A DNA stretch of 64,000 nt from a virus (lineage: Duplodnaviria; Caudoviricetes), in the IMG/VR virus record IMGVR_UViG_3300010270_000379, positions 1 through 64,000 of that record; one strand, 5' to 3'. Made by a program: the position numbers and the translations under genes. Positions within the stretch are counted from its first letter, which is position 1. Each line of letters starts with the position of its first letter. The notes below the pieces were generated by a model. The model was not told the origin of the DNA. It did not search any database and saw only the letters and a program-made list of their open reading frames with translations. Positions 47,505 to 57,138 of the stretch are shown here, one piece after another.

Positions 47505-47942
47505 TTAAAATGGAATATCTTCCGGGAATCCCTCACCATCTGCAGCCGGTGTAGATGCTGTATTATCAGCCGGCTTAAATGTTGGAGCCGTATTACCTGA
47601 GCCAACATCTTTTTTTGATAATAATTCTACAGAATCAGCAATTAAAGAAAGTTTACTGTAATTTTTATCGTCTTTAGTCCAACGATCCTGTTTGATATAT
47701 CCGGTAACACATACTTTTATTCCTTTTTTCAACAGATTCTTCATGTTATCAGCAAGTTTTCCAAAACAAGTAAAATCCAAGTATGAGACTTCATCTATCC
47801 ATTCATCACCGCTTTTTTTTGAACGGTTCACAGCAATCGAAAAATTCAATCTACCGTTATTGTTTGATAAAACAGCATAATCATTATCAGAAATATCTCT
47901 TACAACATTTCCAATTTCAACAAAAAAGTTAGTATTAGTCAT
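47505..47942 (-). CDS. ssb: Single-stranded DNA-binding protein
   Basis: GNVVRD, FSIAVNR, KKGIKVCVTG and acidic EDIPF tail. Confidence 0.95.
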   Translation of the reverse strand: MTNTNFFVEIGNVVRDISDNDYAVLSNNNGRLNFSIAVNRSKKSGDEWIDEVSYLDFTCFGKLADNMKNLLKKGIKVCVTGYIKQDRWTKDDKNYSKLSLIADSVELLSKKDVGSGNTAPTFKPADNTASTPAADGEGFPEDIPF

Positions 47943-48709
47943 TTTTTTCCTCCTGACATTTTACGGTTCAAAGTTGTAAGCGGAATATTTAAAATCCTAC
48001 TCAACTCTGTAATACATATTTTTTTCCCCTTAAAATATACATAAGTATTGGAACTTCTGTTTTGTGCCTGTTCCTTCGGTGTAGCCCATCTACAATTTTC
48101 TGGATAGTAACCTTTGTTATTATCAATTCTGTCAATACTTAATCTATCATTATATCCACTATTCAAAGCCCATTTTTGAAATTTTTCAAAATCTAGCCAA
48201 TCATTACAAATTTTAATTCCTCTTGCACCATATCTTTTATATCGTGCCGACTTAGGATTTAAGCATCTAGCTTTCATTCCTTCCCAAATAATAAATATAC
48301 GTGTTTTTGTTTTTCCATGTTTAGTGTTTGCTTTTTTACACATTTCTTTTTGATAGCAACCACATGATTTTGTACCATTTTTTCTTGTTAAATTATTTCC
48401 TAAAACAATTGTTGAATTTCCACAATCACATTTACAATTCCAATAAATTCTATTTCCTTCTTTTCTGTTCAATGAAATTACAGTTAACAAACCGTATTTT
48501 TGACCTGATAAATCAGTAAATCGAATTTTGTTTTTCTCACATCCGCAAGATTTTTGAATGTTACTTAAAACATGATCACATCTAATAGTTTTTTCTATAC
48601 CACAATCACAGCGGCATAGAAAATAACTATTTTTTTTGCCTTTCTGAAATCCAATGATTAAGAGTTTATTATATTTTTCTCCTACATGAGATTCATAAGG
48701 TATTCTCAT
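47939..48709 (-). CDS. HNH-type homing endonuclease
   Basis: Two CxCDCG...SCGC repeats, then WEGMKARC...YGARGI...SIDRIDNNKGYYPENCRW. Confidence 0.88.
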   Translation of the reverse strand: MRIPYESHVGEKYNKLLIIGFQKGKKNSYFLCRCDCGIEKTIRCDHVLSNIQKSCGCEKNKIRFTDLSGQKYGLLTVISLNRKEGNRIYWNCKCDCGNSTIVLGNNLTRKNGTKSCGCYQKEMCKKANTKHGKTKTRIFIIWEGMKARCLNPKSARYKRYGARGIKICNDWLDFEKFQKWALNSGYNDRLSIDRIDNNKGYYPENCRWATPKEQAQNRSSNTYVYFKGKKICITELSRILNIPLTTLNRKMSGGKK

Positions 48710-48718
48710 AACTTCCCC

Positions 48719-48844
48719 TTACAAATACAGTCTGTTTTTACGATTCATTTTTGAATCAATTTTTTTGCCGTTCATGTGCGACCCCATTGTACGGTTAGTA
48801 TGCTTTCTAACCTTGCCATTTCTGGTATGTGTTGTTTTTGCCAT
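48719..48844 (-). CDS. 41-aa basic peptide
   Basis: AGGGAGGT RBS; MAKTTHTRNGKVRKHTNRTMGSHMNGKKIDSKMNRKNRLYL. Confidence 0.55.
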   Translation of the reverse strand: MAKTTHTRNGKVRKHTNRTMGSHMNGKKIDSKMNRKNRLYL

Positions 48845-48865
48845 AATTTACGTTACCTCCCTAAA

Positions 48866-49576
48866 TTATTTATTTCGCATATTAATCCTGTATGAATCAA
48901 AATTAAATTCGATGCTCATACAGTTTTCTGTAAATCTATCAAAAATAGGTTTTCCTAAATATTCAACCAATTCTTTTTTTGATTTATTTGAAATCAGAAC
49001 AGTACACTTTTTATTTTCATATCTCTCATTGATAATCATAAAAAGATATTTTACTTCATCCTTGCTTTCAAACTTTCCAATTTCGTCAATAATCAAAACC
49101 GGATAATCTTTATATCTTTTCAAAAGTTCTTTTTTGGATTCATTTGCCTTAAAACTCTTGCAATCGTCTAGTTCAAGTTCTATTTCATAAGATTTTACAA
49201 AATGAGCATGTAAACATTCACGGCAAAGAATTGCAGCAAACATTGTTTTTCCGGTTCCAGAATTTCCAACCATCCATAATGTTTTTTCCTGGTAATCCTG
49301 GATAAACAACTTTAATTTATCCAAAACTTCCTTACGTTCTGGAATATTGCAGTTATAATTTTCAAAACTAGCATTATAATATCTTTCACCTATTCCACTA
49401 GCTTCAAGATTTTTCTGTTTTTCCTTTTCTTCATGTTTACGATTTTCTTTTTCCTGAGCTTCTATTTCTTCCGGTGTAGGCTGATGATTTTCATTCTGCT
49501 CCATTTCCTGACAAAGAGAATCAAGTTTATCAAGTCCAAAATTAAGACCTTTTGTTACTTTAATTTCATCACTCAT
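48866..49576 (-). CDS. DnaC/IstB-like helicase loader ATPase
   Basis: GNSGTGKT Walker A, VLIIDEIG, IINERYEN and IFDRF. Confidence 0.9.
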   Translation of the reverse strand: MSDEIKVTKGLNFGLDKLDSLCQEMEQNENHQPTPEEIEAQEKENRKHEEKEKQKNLEASGIGERYYNASFENYNCNIPERKEVLDKLKLFIQDYQEKTLWMVGNSGTGKTMFAAILCRECLHAHFVKSYEIELELDDCKSFKANESKKELLKRYKDYPVLIIDEIGKFESKDEVKYLFMIINERYENKKCTVLISNKSKKELVEYLGKPIFDRFTENCMSIEFNFDSYRINMRNK

Positions 49577-49589
49577 AACTTTCCCCTGA

Positions 49590-50516
49590 TTAGAATGGTA
49601 TATCTGATTCATTTACATTTTCAGTAAATCTATCACTTTCAGCTTTACCAATATTTTTTGAATCGTACCAATTAGATTTATTTGACTGCTGCTGATTATT
49701 TTGAACTGAGCCATTGATTAAACGGTTGATTACATTACCTGAAAGAATCAAATCAAAAGCATAACCATTATTAATTACAAAATTATCGTATGCAGCTTTT
49801 TTAACAGCATTTTTGATAACTTCAACCGGAATATTATTATCAAATAAACCTTTTTCAAGCCTTCGAATTTTTTTCCAGGTTTCACTTGTTATTAAAGGAT
49901 CTGGTGTATTAACTTTTTTCTGAGAATATAAAGAATCCCATAATTCTATATATGCTTTTTCAACACATTCAAAATTGTTTTCAGGTTCTCTATTTCTTAA
50001 AGATTCTTTTTTATTTTTTGTAGTTTTTTTCTTTTCAGGTTTATTTAAATCTGAATTTAAATCTGAATTTGAATTTAAATTTGAATTTAAATAGTGGGAA
50101 GGGTATGTATAGGGTATACATAGGGTATCAAAAGTTCCCTTAATATCAAATTGATAGCCTATTTCTTCAAGATAACATAATAAATCATCTGGTAACTTGC
50201 ATAAAATAGCTGCAATTCCTTTAATTACGTTATCACTTTTTAATTGCTGATGCTTAGGAAAATTACGGATAATAATAAAATTATTGTATCTGTAAACCTT
50301 TTTAGCATCTTCAAATTTTCTTAAAATATGAGTTACAGTATCAGAATTAAAGCCTGTATCAAAGCATATTCTTTTTACAGTAAGCTCCATAACTCCGGCA
50401 ATATTTGTAAGCGGATTTGTTAGCAAATAGATATATAACAGTTTTTCTGATGGATCCAATTCCTGAACCCATGAATCATCCCAAAATGATGTATCAATAT
50501 AACGTTGTGTACTCAT
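49590..50516 (-). CDS. Phage replication initiator
   Basis: TSFWDDSWV...EKLLYIYLLTNPLTNIAG N-terminus; next to the DnaC-like gene. Confidence 0.8.
   Translation of the reverse strand: MSTQRYIDTSFWDDSWVQELDPSEKLLYIYLLTNPLTNIAGVMELTVKRICFDTGFNSDTVTHILRKFEDAKKVYRYNNFIIIRNFPKHQQLKSDNVIKGIAAILCKLPDDLLCYLEEIGYQFDIKGTFDTLCIPYTYPSHYLNSNLNSNSDLNSDLNKPEKKKTTKNKKESLRNREPENNFECVEKAYIELWDSLYSQKKVNTPDPLITSETWKKIRRLEKGLFDNNIPVEVIKNAVKKAAYDNFVINNGYAFDLILSGNVINRLINGSVQNNQQQSNKSNWYDSKNIGKAESDRFTENVNESDIPF
50044..50130. repeat. Probable replication origin iterons inside the initiator gene
   Basis: AGGGTAT at 50100, 50111 and 50122 (11-bp period) beside AT-rich (T)GAATTTAAAT repeats; lambda O-like arrangement. 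Confidence 0.65.
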
Positions 50517-50519
50517 AAA

Positions 50520-50690
50520 TTATTTTTCCTCTCCGTTTTTGTCTAATTCATTTTTTAACTTGTTTAATTCTGCCGTTACGAGGCTTATCATTTCCGGTGT
50601 AAGTGATATAAAATTGTCTACACCGTTACTTTCCTGATGCATAGCAATTTCATTGCCATTGATAACAATATCAATCTGCTTAAAATGCAT
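50520..50690 (-). CDS. 56-aa hypothetical protein
   Basis: AGGAG RBS; MHFKQIDIVINGNEIAMHQE... Confidence 0.55.
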   Translation of the reverse strand: MHFKQIDIVINGNEIAMHQESNGVDNFISLTPEMISLVTAELNKLKNELDKNGEEK

Positions 50691-50703
50691 AGTTTTTTCT
50701 CCT

Positions 50704-50800
50704 AAAAAAAGAAAGCCCTCTAAGCCTGATAGTTCTTAGAGGGCCACAAAGTTCTTGTTGCCAAAAACCTTTAAGTAATCTATCAGGACCTTACTTAAAG
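50704..50800 (-). promoter_or_regulatory. Attenuator-like leader upstream of the replication genes
   Basis: Hairpin loop CCUGAUAG is complementary to terminator loop CUAUCAGG; terminator GCCCUCUAAG/CUUAGAGGGC-UUUCUUUUUUU. Confidence 0.7.
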
Positions 50801-50882
50801 ATTCTTTTAAACGTTTTAATGCACGTTCGCAATTTCTTTTAAACGTGCTTTTAAACGGTGTTATATAAAAAAAATACACCCA

Positions 50883-51281
50883 TTACGCTTGTTTGTCAAG
50901 AATTTCTTCCCATTTTTGAAAAGTATTATTCCATCTGGCCGGCACTAAGCAGCCTTTTTCTTTACTCCAGACTTTACCAGGCTCTTTAGGTGGTTCTGTA
51001 TATCTTGTTCCATCAGATCTAGCACAATAATACATTCTAAATGTTTCAGCCGTAATATTTGCAGCACCACATTTAATACATTCATAATGTGAATCAAAAT
51101 ATTCAACATAGGATCCATCATTTTGTTTTACAGCCTCAGCAGTTTTTACAAATTTTAAGGGCCTTAATTTCTCTTTCCAATTAATCCCTTCCTGTTCCAT
51201 TTGTTTTACACAATACGGACAAAACTCATATTTTGTTTTACCTTCCAGGTATTTATGTGAAATTTCACGTTTATTTGACAT
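50883..51281 (-). CDS. Zn-finger hypothetical protein
   Basis: CPYC...CIKC. Confidence 0.55.
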   Translation of the reverse strand: MSNKREISHKYLEGKTKYEFCPYCVKQMEQEGINWKEKLRPLKFVKTAEAVKQNDGSYVEYFDSHYECIKCGAANITAETFRMYYCARSDGTRYTEPPKEPGKVWSKEKGCLVPARWNNTFQKWEEILDKQA

Positions 51282-51591
51282 TTGAATCTCTCCTATATAC
51301 TATTTTTGTTATTTTTTTGTTATCATTTTGTTTTTGTTTGTTATTCCACCTATTCCGCATACCCTTTTTACCGGCCTTACTTCTGAGTTCTGAGAGTATT
51401 TCTTCTTCTTTTTCAAGTTCTATAACACGTTGAAATTGCGTAAAGATAGTCATAGCTTTATTTGATAACTTTTCTGGTAATTTACCGGTGTCAGCATAAG
51501 CGGCTAAAGCATTTACTAATTTCTTAAACTGAAAAGGATTTAATTTATTCATCTTTTCCAGATAACCTACATAAAAATTAAACTTATCCAT
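51271..51591 (-). CDS. DUF6291-like protein
   Basis: LVNALAAYADTG...RSKAGKKGMRNRW. Confidence 0.6.
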   Translation of the reverse strand: MDKFNFYVGYLEKMNKLNPFQFKKLVNALAAYADTGKLPEKLSNKAMTIFTQFQRVIELEKEEEILSELRSKAGKKGMRNRWNNKQKQNDNKKITKIVYRRDSNVK

Positions 51592-51859
51592 TTTTCTTTT
51601 TCCTCCTGGTTTCTGCATGGTGTTTAGCATCATATTTTAAATGACACGGCGCACAATAAGCCTGTAAATTATCCTCAGCACAATTCATTGGATCATGGTC
51701 CTTATGTGATACGGTTAAAGTTCTTTTATGTGTATCAAAAGGTTCCCCAGGTTTACGGCATTGTTTACCGCATTTTTCACACTTCCAACCTACACTTTCC
51801 TTTTTATTAAAAGCTATTTGCTTCCAATCTGGCGGATAATTTTTCCAATTTACCGGCAT
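51584..51859 (-). CDS. HNH endonuclease
   Basis: YPPDW...CEKCG...LTVSHKDHDPMNC...NLQAYCAPCHLKYD. Confidence 0.8.
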   Translation of the reverse strand: MPVNWKNYPPDWKQIAFNKKESVGWKCEKCGKQCRKPGEPFDTHKRTLTVSHKDHDPMNCAEDNLQAYCAPCHLKYDAKHHAETRRKKKNG

Positions 51860-51863
51860 ATTT

Positions 51864-52244
51864 TTATACCTCCTTTACATCTGATAAATGTAAAGCAAAT
51901 ACAAGTTTACCCTCGATATGTAAATCAGTATTTTCACCTGAAACAGCTTCAATTCTTTTTATTTTCGCTGTCATTTTTGTATTTGTATATCCAAGTCTTA
52001 AAATACAAGGAATACAGCAATTTATACCTTCACAGGCAGATTCAATAAAACCACTCCAAGCATAAAGAGCATCATCCGAATTATCATTAATCCATTGCGC
52101 TAATTCATCATCAGATGAAACACTATTACAATAAGCATTTACAAGCCTACTTTTCCAATAATCTGTAGTACGTCTGTATTCAATAGTCTTTTCACCAGAC
52201 TTAATTTTTTCATACCATTGTTTCTTTAATGGAAATATCAGCAT
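51864..52244 (-). CDS. ASCH domain protein
   Basis: PLKKQWYEKIKSGEKTIEYR. Confidence 0.8.
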   Translation of the reverse strand: MLIFPLKKQWYEKIKSGEKTIEYRRTTDYWKSRLVNAYCNSVSSDDELAQWINDNSDDALYAWSGFIESACEGINCCIPCILRLGYTNTKMTAKIKRIEAVSGENTDLHIEGKLVFALHLSDVKEV

Positions 52245-52392
52245 TATTTACACTCCTTTTCTATGAATCTTCGTATAATCTGCCCTAAAATACAGATAGC
52301 AAATATAACTAACATTCTTTCAGAACCTTTATCAATTATTGGAGCAATAGCACCGCAAATTAAACCAATTATAAATCCTAAGTTATATATCA

Positions 52393-53234
52393 TCATTCAA
52401 CTCCTATAAATGGACTTTCAATTGTTCCAAGAGGTTTTAATTTAGATTTTGGTGAATCAAATTCTTTTTTCTCTAAAAAATAAATCCGATGCTGTTCTAA
52501 ATTAACAAACCTTTCAAGTTTATCTTGAATCTTTAATATTCTTTCTCTTTCTGCAGCGTTCTGAGCTTGTACTTCTATATCCTGTACGTCAAAATCACAT
52601 AGTAAATAACAATTAATTGCAGATAGTAAATCTCTGGCCTCTTGTTCTGTAATTTTCATTTATTCCACATCCCTTAGAAACTTTTCAGTCATTGCAATAT
52701 TCTCATTAAGTTTTGGAACATCTTCATGTACTAACGCTTTCAATGCTCTACAGTGTTTTAATAATTCTTTTATTATAAATAATGCTTCTTCCTGTTGTTC
52801 TTCTGTAATAAGTTCTTTCCAATTTCTACGTTGAAAAGGTAATCCACAAGTTTTACACATCTTCAAACTTTTTGGATCTGTTTTATTACCGAATTTACAG
52901 TTATAACAACGTTGTTTTTTGAAAATAGCCATTATTCCTCCTGATCTTCATTGTAATACTGTATTTTTACATCTGGATAACATGGCATTTTTTTTCCACA
53001 ACCAATATAAGTACCAAAAATATTTATAAAAACATGTATTTGAAATTCCACATATCCGTTTTCATCATAATTAATTTTTGGCAATGGTAAGCCGTATTTT
53101 GTAAAACTTGCCTGATATATTTTGATTCCATAATCAGTTAATCTGACTTTTATGTAATGATTAAGATTAGTTTTTATCCAACATCTTTTTTTTGAAAAAG
53201 GTAAAGTATATTCTTTATCTGCCTTTTCAGCCAT
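52393..53234 (-). CDS. Three small hypothetical genes (52393-52659, 52660-52932, 52932-53234)
   Basis: Coupled ORFs in the early operon. Confidence 0.5.
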
Positions 53235-53236
53235 AA

Positions 53237-54124
53237 TTATTCCCCCTGAGCTGCTAAAGCCATTGCAGCAAGGCTATCAGTTGAATCTATATCTTCAATG
53301 GCATTATCCATATCAGCCATTGAGATAATTCCAATTTCATTATTCCTTTGTACAAGCTCATTACACTTTCTATAGGCCATTTCTACCCTTCCCCTTAAAT
53401 GCGGATAAACTTCAAAGAATTCTTCCCAGGTTTTACACTGTTGATGAAAAAAGTTATGTTCATCTGGTGTAAGAGCTAAGATATTCCAGGCCTTTTCAAT
53501 TGCAGCCGGACAAGCACCGCGACTAACAATATGATGAAAATGTACAGGTGTACGGCCTGATGCTTCTGAATAAACTAGATATTCTCTTATTTCTGAAATA
53601 GTTCTATCATCGTTTACGTCATGTTCCTGTTTACCGCGCCAAATTTCCCATTCATATAACACACTTCTTACATCGGCCTGTAAGTCATTAGGAAGGTTAC
53701 ACATTGTTGTAACGTGAAAAAGTAAACCATCTATTAAATGCGAACCGGCCATTGTATTAGCTTCTGAAATATGAATTGATCTTAGTTCACCGGTATATCT
53801 GTTAGGAATTTTATCAGCATAAAGGCCTAATAAGTCTAAATAAAGGCTATATTTTTCTTCTTCCGTAGGTTTTCGGTGATTCTCAGAATCAGACTGAAAA
53901 ATCACCGTTACCAACTTAAATACAGCCCTTAATTGCTTAAAGGTTCTTTTTTGAAAAGCTGCATCTATCTCACATTCAAGTAAAATCTCTTTTTCAGTTC
54001 TCTTTTCACGTTCTGATTTTGACTTGAATAACTTTCTTAGAGTTATTAAATCTTGTTCATCCGTAACTTTGAGAACTACTTTATCTTGAATAAGGCATCC
54101 ATGAAAGAAAGAACAGATTTTCAC
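53237..54124 (-). CDS. NinB-like protein with a C-terminal HNH-like nuclease
   Basis: KRTFKQLRAVF N-terminus; HFHHIVSRGA...NILALTPDEHNFFHQ. Confidence 0.6.
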   Translation of the reverse strand: MKICSFFHGCLIQDKVVLKVTDEQDLITLRKLFKSKSEREKRTEKEILLECEIDAAFQKRTFKQLRAVFKLVTVIFQSDSENHRKPTEEEKYSLYLDLLGLYADKIPNRYTGELRSIHISEANTMAGSHLIDGLLFHVTTMCNLPNDLQADVRSVLYEWEIWRGKQEHDVNDDRTISEIREYLVYSEASGRTPVHFHHIVSRGACPAAIEKAWNILALTPDEHNFFHQQCKTWEEFFEVYPHLRGRVEMAYRKCNELVQRNNEIGIISMADMDNAIEDIDSTDSLAAMALAAQGE

Positions 54125-54134
54125 GTTTTACCCC

Positions 54135-55115
54135 TTAGAAAATATCCTGAACACTTCCAGGAGCATTTTCAAAGGCAGCATCAGCGGCAGCCATTTCTTC
54201 ATCTGTCATACCGTTCATTTCATCAAAAGATGGCTGAATAGGTTCTTTTGTTTCAGGTTTTCCAACATTTACTTTTTCAGCCATTTTTTTTGGAGCTTCG
54301 GCCCAATTTGTTTTATCTTCAATAGCCGGAGTTTCTACAGTTTCAGCCGAATCATCTGATACAGTGTATTCAAAATCTTCTGTAACATCTTTCAAATCTG
54401 CTCTTTCGTCTCTAATTACGGCATCCATAGCCTCAATAGAGATAGGACAAAGTTTAAGCGCCTGGATAACAACAGTTTTCAAAGCCATTGCATCAAAATT
54501 CTTGTTCCAGATGTTACTTGAATCTTTTGGATCATAGGCCTTAGAAAATTTATTACGGTGATTTTCAACATCTTTTTTAGACATTACCTTGAACTGTGAA
54601 CCACCGTTACAAAGTTCTACAAGGCAGTAATAGCCGATCACTTCACCACGTTCTTTCATAATGTCAATTTTATGACTAAGTTTACGGCCCATACCAAGTT
54701 CAACTTCAAAAATATCATTTTCGTGTATAGGTTCTGCAGCAATTGTCTTAATTGTATTAGAACGTCTTGCCAATGCTATGAGGCCTTTATATCCAAGCTG
54801 TAAATGCGCTGTCATAACACCTTTTTCGTTGTACGGAATAAGATAGGCCTGGCCTAACATACCGTTTAATTCAAGGCCATAGGCAGCAGCTTCCTTCAAT
54901 GCACGAAAAATAGATTCTTTAGAACATTTCACAAGATTAGGCATCTTAGGATTAGTAATAGCCAAAATTGCAGACTGCATAAAACGATCTACGTTTACGG
55001 TATTAGCCGGTAAAGCCTGTAAGAATGAACCTTTTTTATCATTCAACCATTCTCCCAAAGTTCCCTTCTTTTCGGTTGTAGGAACCTGATTAGCATTTGA
55101 GCCATTTGTTTTCAT
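54135..55115 (-). CDS. recT: RecT recombinase
   Basis: LGQAYLIPY, LQLGYKGLIALARRS and NFDAMALKTV. Confidence 0.93.
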   Translation of the reverse strand: MKTNGSNANQVPTTEKKGTLGEWLNDKKGSFLQALPANTVNVDRFMQSAILAITNPKMPNLVKCSKESIFRALKEAAAYGLELNGMLGQAYLIPYNEKGVMTAHLQLGYKGLIALARRSNTIKTIAAEPIHENDIFEVELGMGRKLSHKIDIMKERGEVIGYYCLVELCNGGSQFKVMSKKDVENHRNKFSKAYDPKDSSNIWNKNFDAMALKTVVIQALKLCPISIEAMDAVIRDERADLKDVTEDFEYTVSDDSAETVETPAIEDKTNWAEAPKKMAEKVNVGKPETKEPIQPSFDEMNGMTDEEMAAADAAFENAPGSVQDIF

Positions 55116-55186
55116 AGTGTTTTTCTCCTTATATTTACTTTTATACCCTAAGTGTATATATTTTGTTTACACCTAGGGCAAAAAAA

Positions 55187-56197
55187 TTAATCTATTTTTT
55201 TTTCAGAAATTCTAAGAATTCTATATGCTGATTCTTTTTTATAATCATCAAACAAGCCTGATTTTTTCAAAGCATCTGTATCTACAGAGTATTTTTTCTG
55301 CAGATTATATGACAATTTGAAACGTTCACCGGCACCGTTTACCTTTTCAGCCGTTGCACTATCGCTATGACTTAAAGCTGAAAGTTTAATCAAGATAGAA
55401 TCATTCAAGGCACTTTCTTTTTGTTTCAAGTCCTTTATCTGCTGCTGAACTTCCATTCTCTGAGCAATTAAATCTTCTGTTTCTGTATCAAGTTCAACAG
55501 TATCAGCAATGTTAAGGTTAGCTGTATATTCACTTTCGGAATCAATTCCTAAAGGCTCCGGTGGATTATTAGTCAAAACAAAGTTTTCCCAAAAATCTTT
55601 TTCAGCCGGCAAGAGTCTGGAATAGATAAAATCGTCATTACGTCTAATAACATAATGTCTCGCCTTTTTTGTATTCATAAAGAAAGCTGTAAGAATAAAC
55701 CAAGGTAAATTAGTTACGGCCATATAGTGTTGAACCTGGCAATAGTAACTATCTGGAATTTCATCCTCACTAAAGCCTTCACCACGGCTAGAAGTCTTAA
55801 TTTCAAAACCTCCAAGACCTTCTACTGTTTCCCCTCCGATTGTTACCTGATTTTCAGCATGGCAGAGACCGTCAATATTTGCGTTCATATATGGAATGTC
55901 ATTAGATGTATACATACCAGGAACACTAATAATCTCTATTCCAAGTTCTTCTGCAGCTTTTTTTCTGATAGGATCTTCAAGAATATGGCCCCATTCTGTA
56001 GCCGCATTTCCCTTAAATCCTTCTACATTCTTTTTAGAAAGATAAATTGTTAAAGGTGATGCATATTTATTAAGGCCCATAATTGCACCGGCATCACTAC
56101 CACCAATTCCGGTAGTTCTCATTTCAAGCCATTTTTCCGGTTCTTTATCCTGTTCAACAGGTGTAAACTTCGCATTAATAGACAAGTAATCTATCAT
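55187..56197 (-). CDS. YqaJ-like exonuclease
   Basis: RTTGIGGSDAGAI, WGHILED, ANIDG, EIKT and YYCQVQHYM. Confidence 0.92.
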   Translation of the reverse strand: MIDYLSINAKFTPVEQDKEPEKWLEMRTTGIGGSDAGAIMGLNKYASPLTIYLSKKNVEGFKGNAATEWGHILEDPIRKKAAEELGIEIISVPGMYTSNDIPYMNANIDGLCHAENQVTIGGETVEGLGGFEIKTSSRGEGFSEDEIPDSYYCQVQHYMAVTNLPWFILTAFFMNTKKARHYVIRRNDDFIYSRLLPAEKDFWENFVLTNNPPEPLGIDSESEYTANLNIADTVELDTETEDLIAQRMEVQQQIKDLKQKESALNDSILIKLSALSHSDSATAEKVNGAGERFKLSYNLQKKYSVDTDALKKSGLFDDYKKESAYRILRISEKKID

Positions 56198-56382
56198 TAT
56201 TCAGCCTCCTTCATTGCTTCTGCAACTGTCATGTTGTCAATTTCATCCTGGATTTTTTCAGCTTTTTTTACCAAGGAAGCAATTTTATTATTGTCTTTTG
56301 TACTGTTTACTTCTTTGATAACATCATCTTTTTCTGCCTTTAATTTTGCATACTTAGTCATTTTTATATCTCCTATTTATTT

Positions 56383-57138
56383 TTATTCAGCCTTTCCAAT
56401 TAAAGAAGGCTTCATATTCTTTTCAGCGGCAGCACATAAAGCATTAATCTTTTTCTGCTGTTCTGGTGTAAAACCTTTATTACAAAATGCTTTTTCAATT
56501 TTCTGCATACCTTTAGGAGTAATGTGAAATTGAACACAAGAAAAATTATCTTTTGTATACAGATAATTTTTTACATATCCTAAATCAATTCCTAAAGCTG
56601 TAGCCTGATATTTTCCTTTTTTATCTGGATTATCATGTCTTTCGCGCATAATATATTTTTTAATTTCAAGGAATTGCAAAATATCATCGCGCTTTATTTT
56701 TAAGAGTTTAGCTACATTAGTTGCACTGAATGTACCATCTGATTCTGCAAAAGCTCTCCACGATTCTGCATCCGGTGTAAGTTCTTCAATCTGTTTATTT
56801 TTATTTTCAAGTTGCTGCTGTAATTCAATGGACCGTCTCTGTAAAATAGCCATTGCATTAGCTATTGTCTGATTTTCTTCTAATTCTGTAGAAACATTAT
56901 CAATCTGACGATTTGCAAGATTATGATGCTTTTGTATTTCTTGTTTAATAAGTGTAGATTGTTTTTCTGTAAAAAGATAACCACCTTGATTATTCTTTTT
57001 AACTGAGCCGAGTACACGACCGAGTTTTTTTACTGTAGTTTTTACAGTAGTTAAACTCACATGTAATACATTTGAAAGTTCCAATGTAGTCATTAACTTT
57101 TCAGGAACTTCAACCGATAAAGATAATGAGTTATCCAT
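56383..57138 (-). CDS. Phage antirepressor (KilAC domain)
   Basis: N-terminal MTTLELSNVL HTH; LTPDAESWRAFAESDGTFSATNVAKLL...FHITPKG. Confidence 0.8.
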   Translation of the reverse strand: MDNSLSLSVEVPEKLMTTLELSNVLHVSLTTVKTTVKKLGRVLGSVKKNNQGGYLFTEKQSTLIKQEIQKHHNLANRQIDNVSTELEENQTIANAMAILQRRSIELQQQLENKNKQIEELTPDAESWRAFAESDGTFSATNVAKLLKIKRDDILQFLEIKKYIMRERHDNPDKKGKYQATALGIDLGYVKNYLYTKDNFSCVQFHITPKGMQKIEKAFCNKGFTPEQQKKINALCAAAEKNMKPSLIGKAE

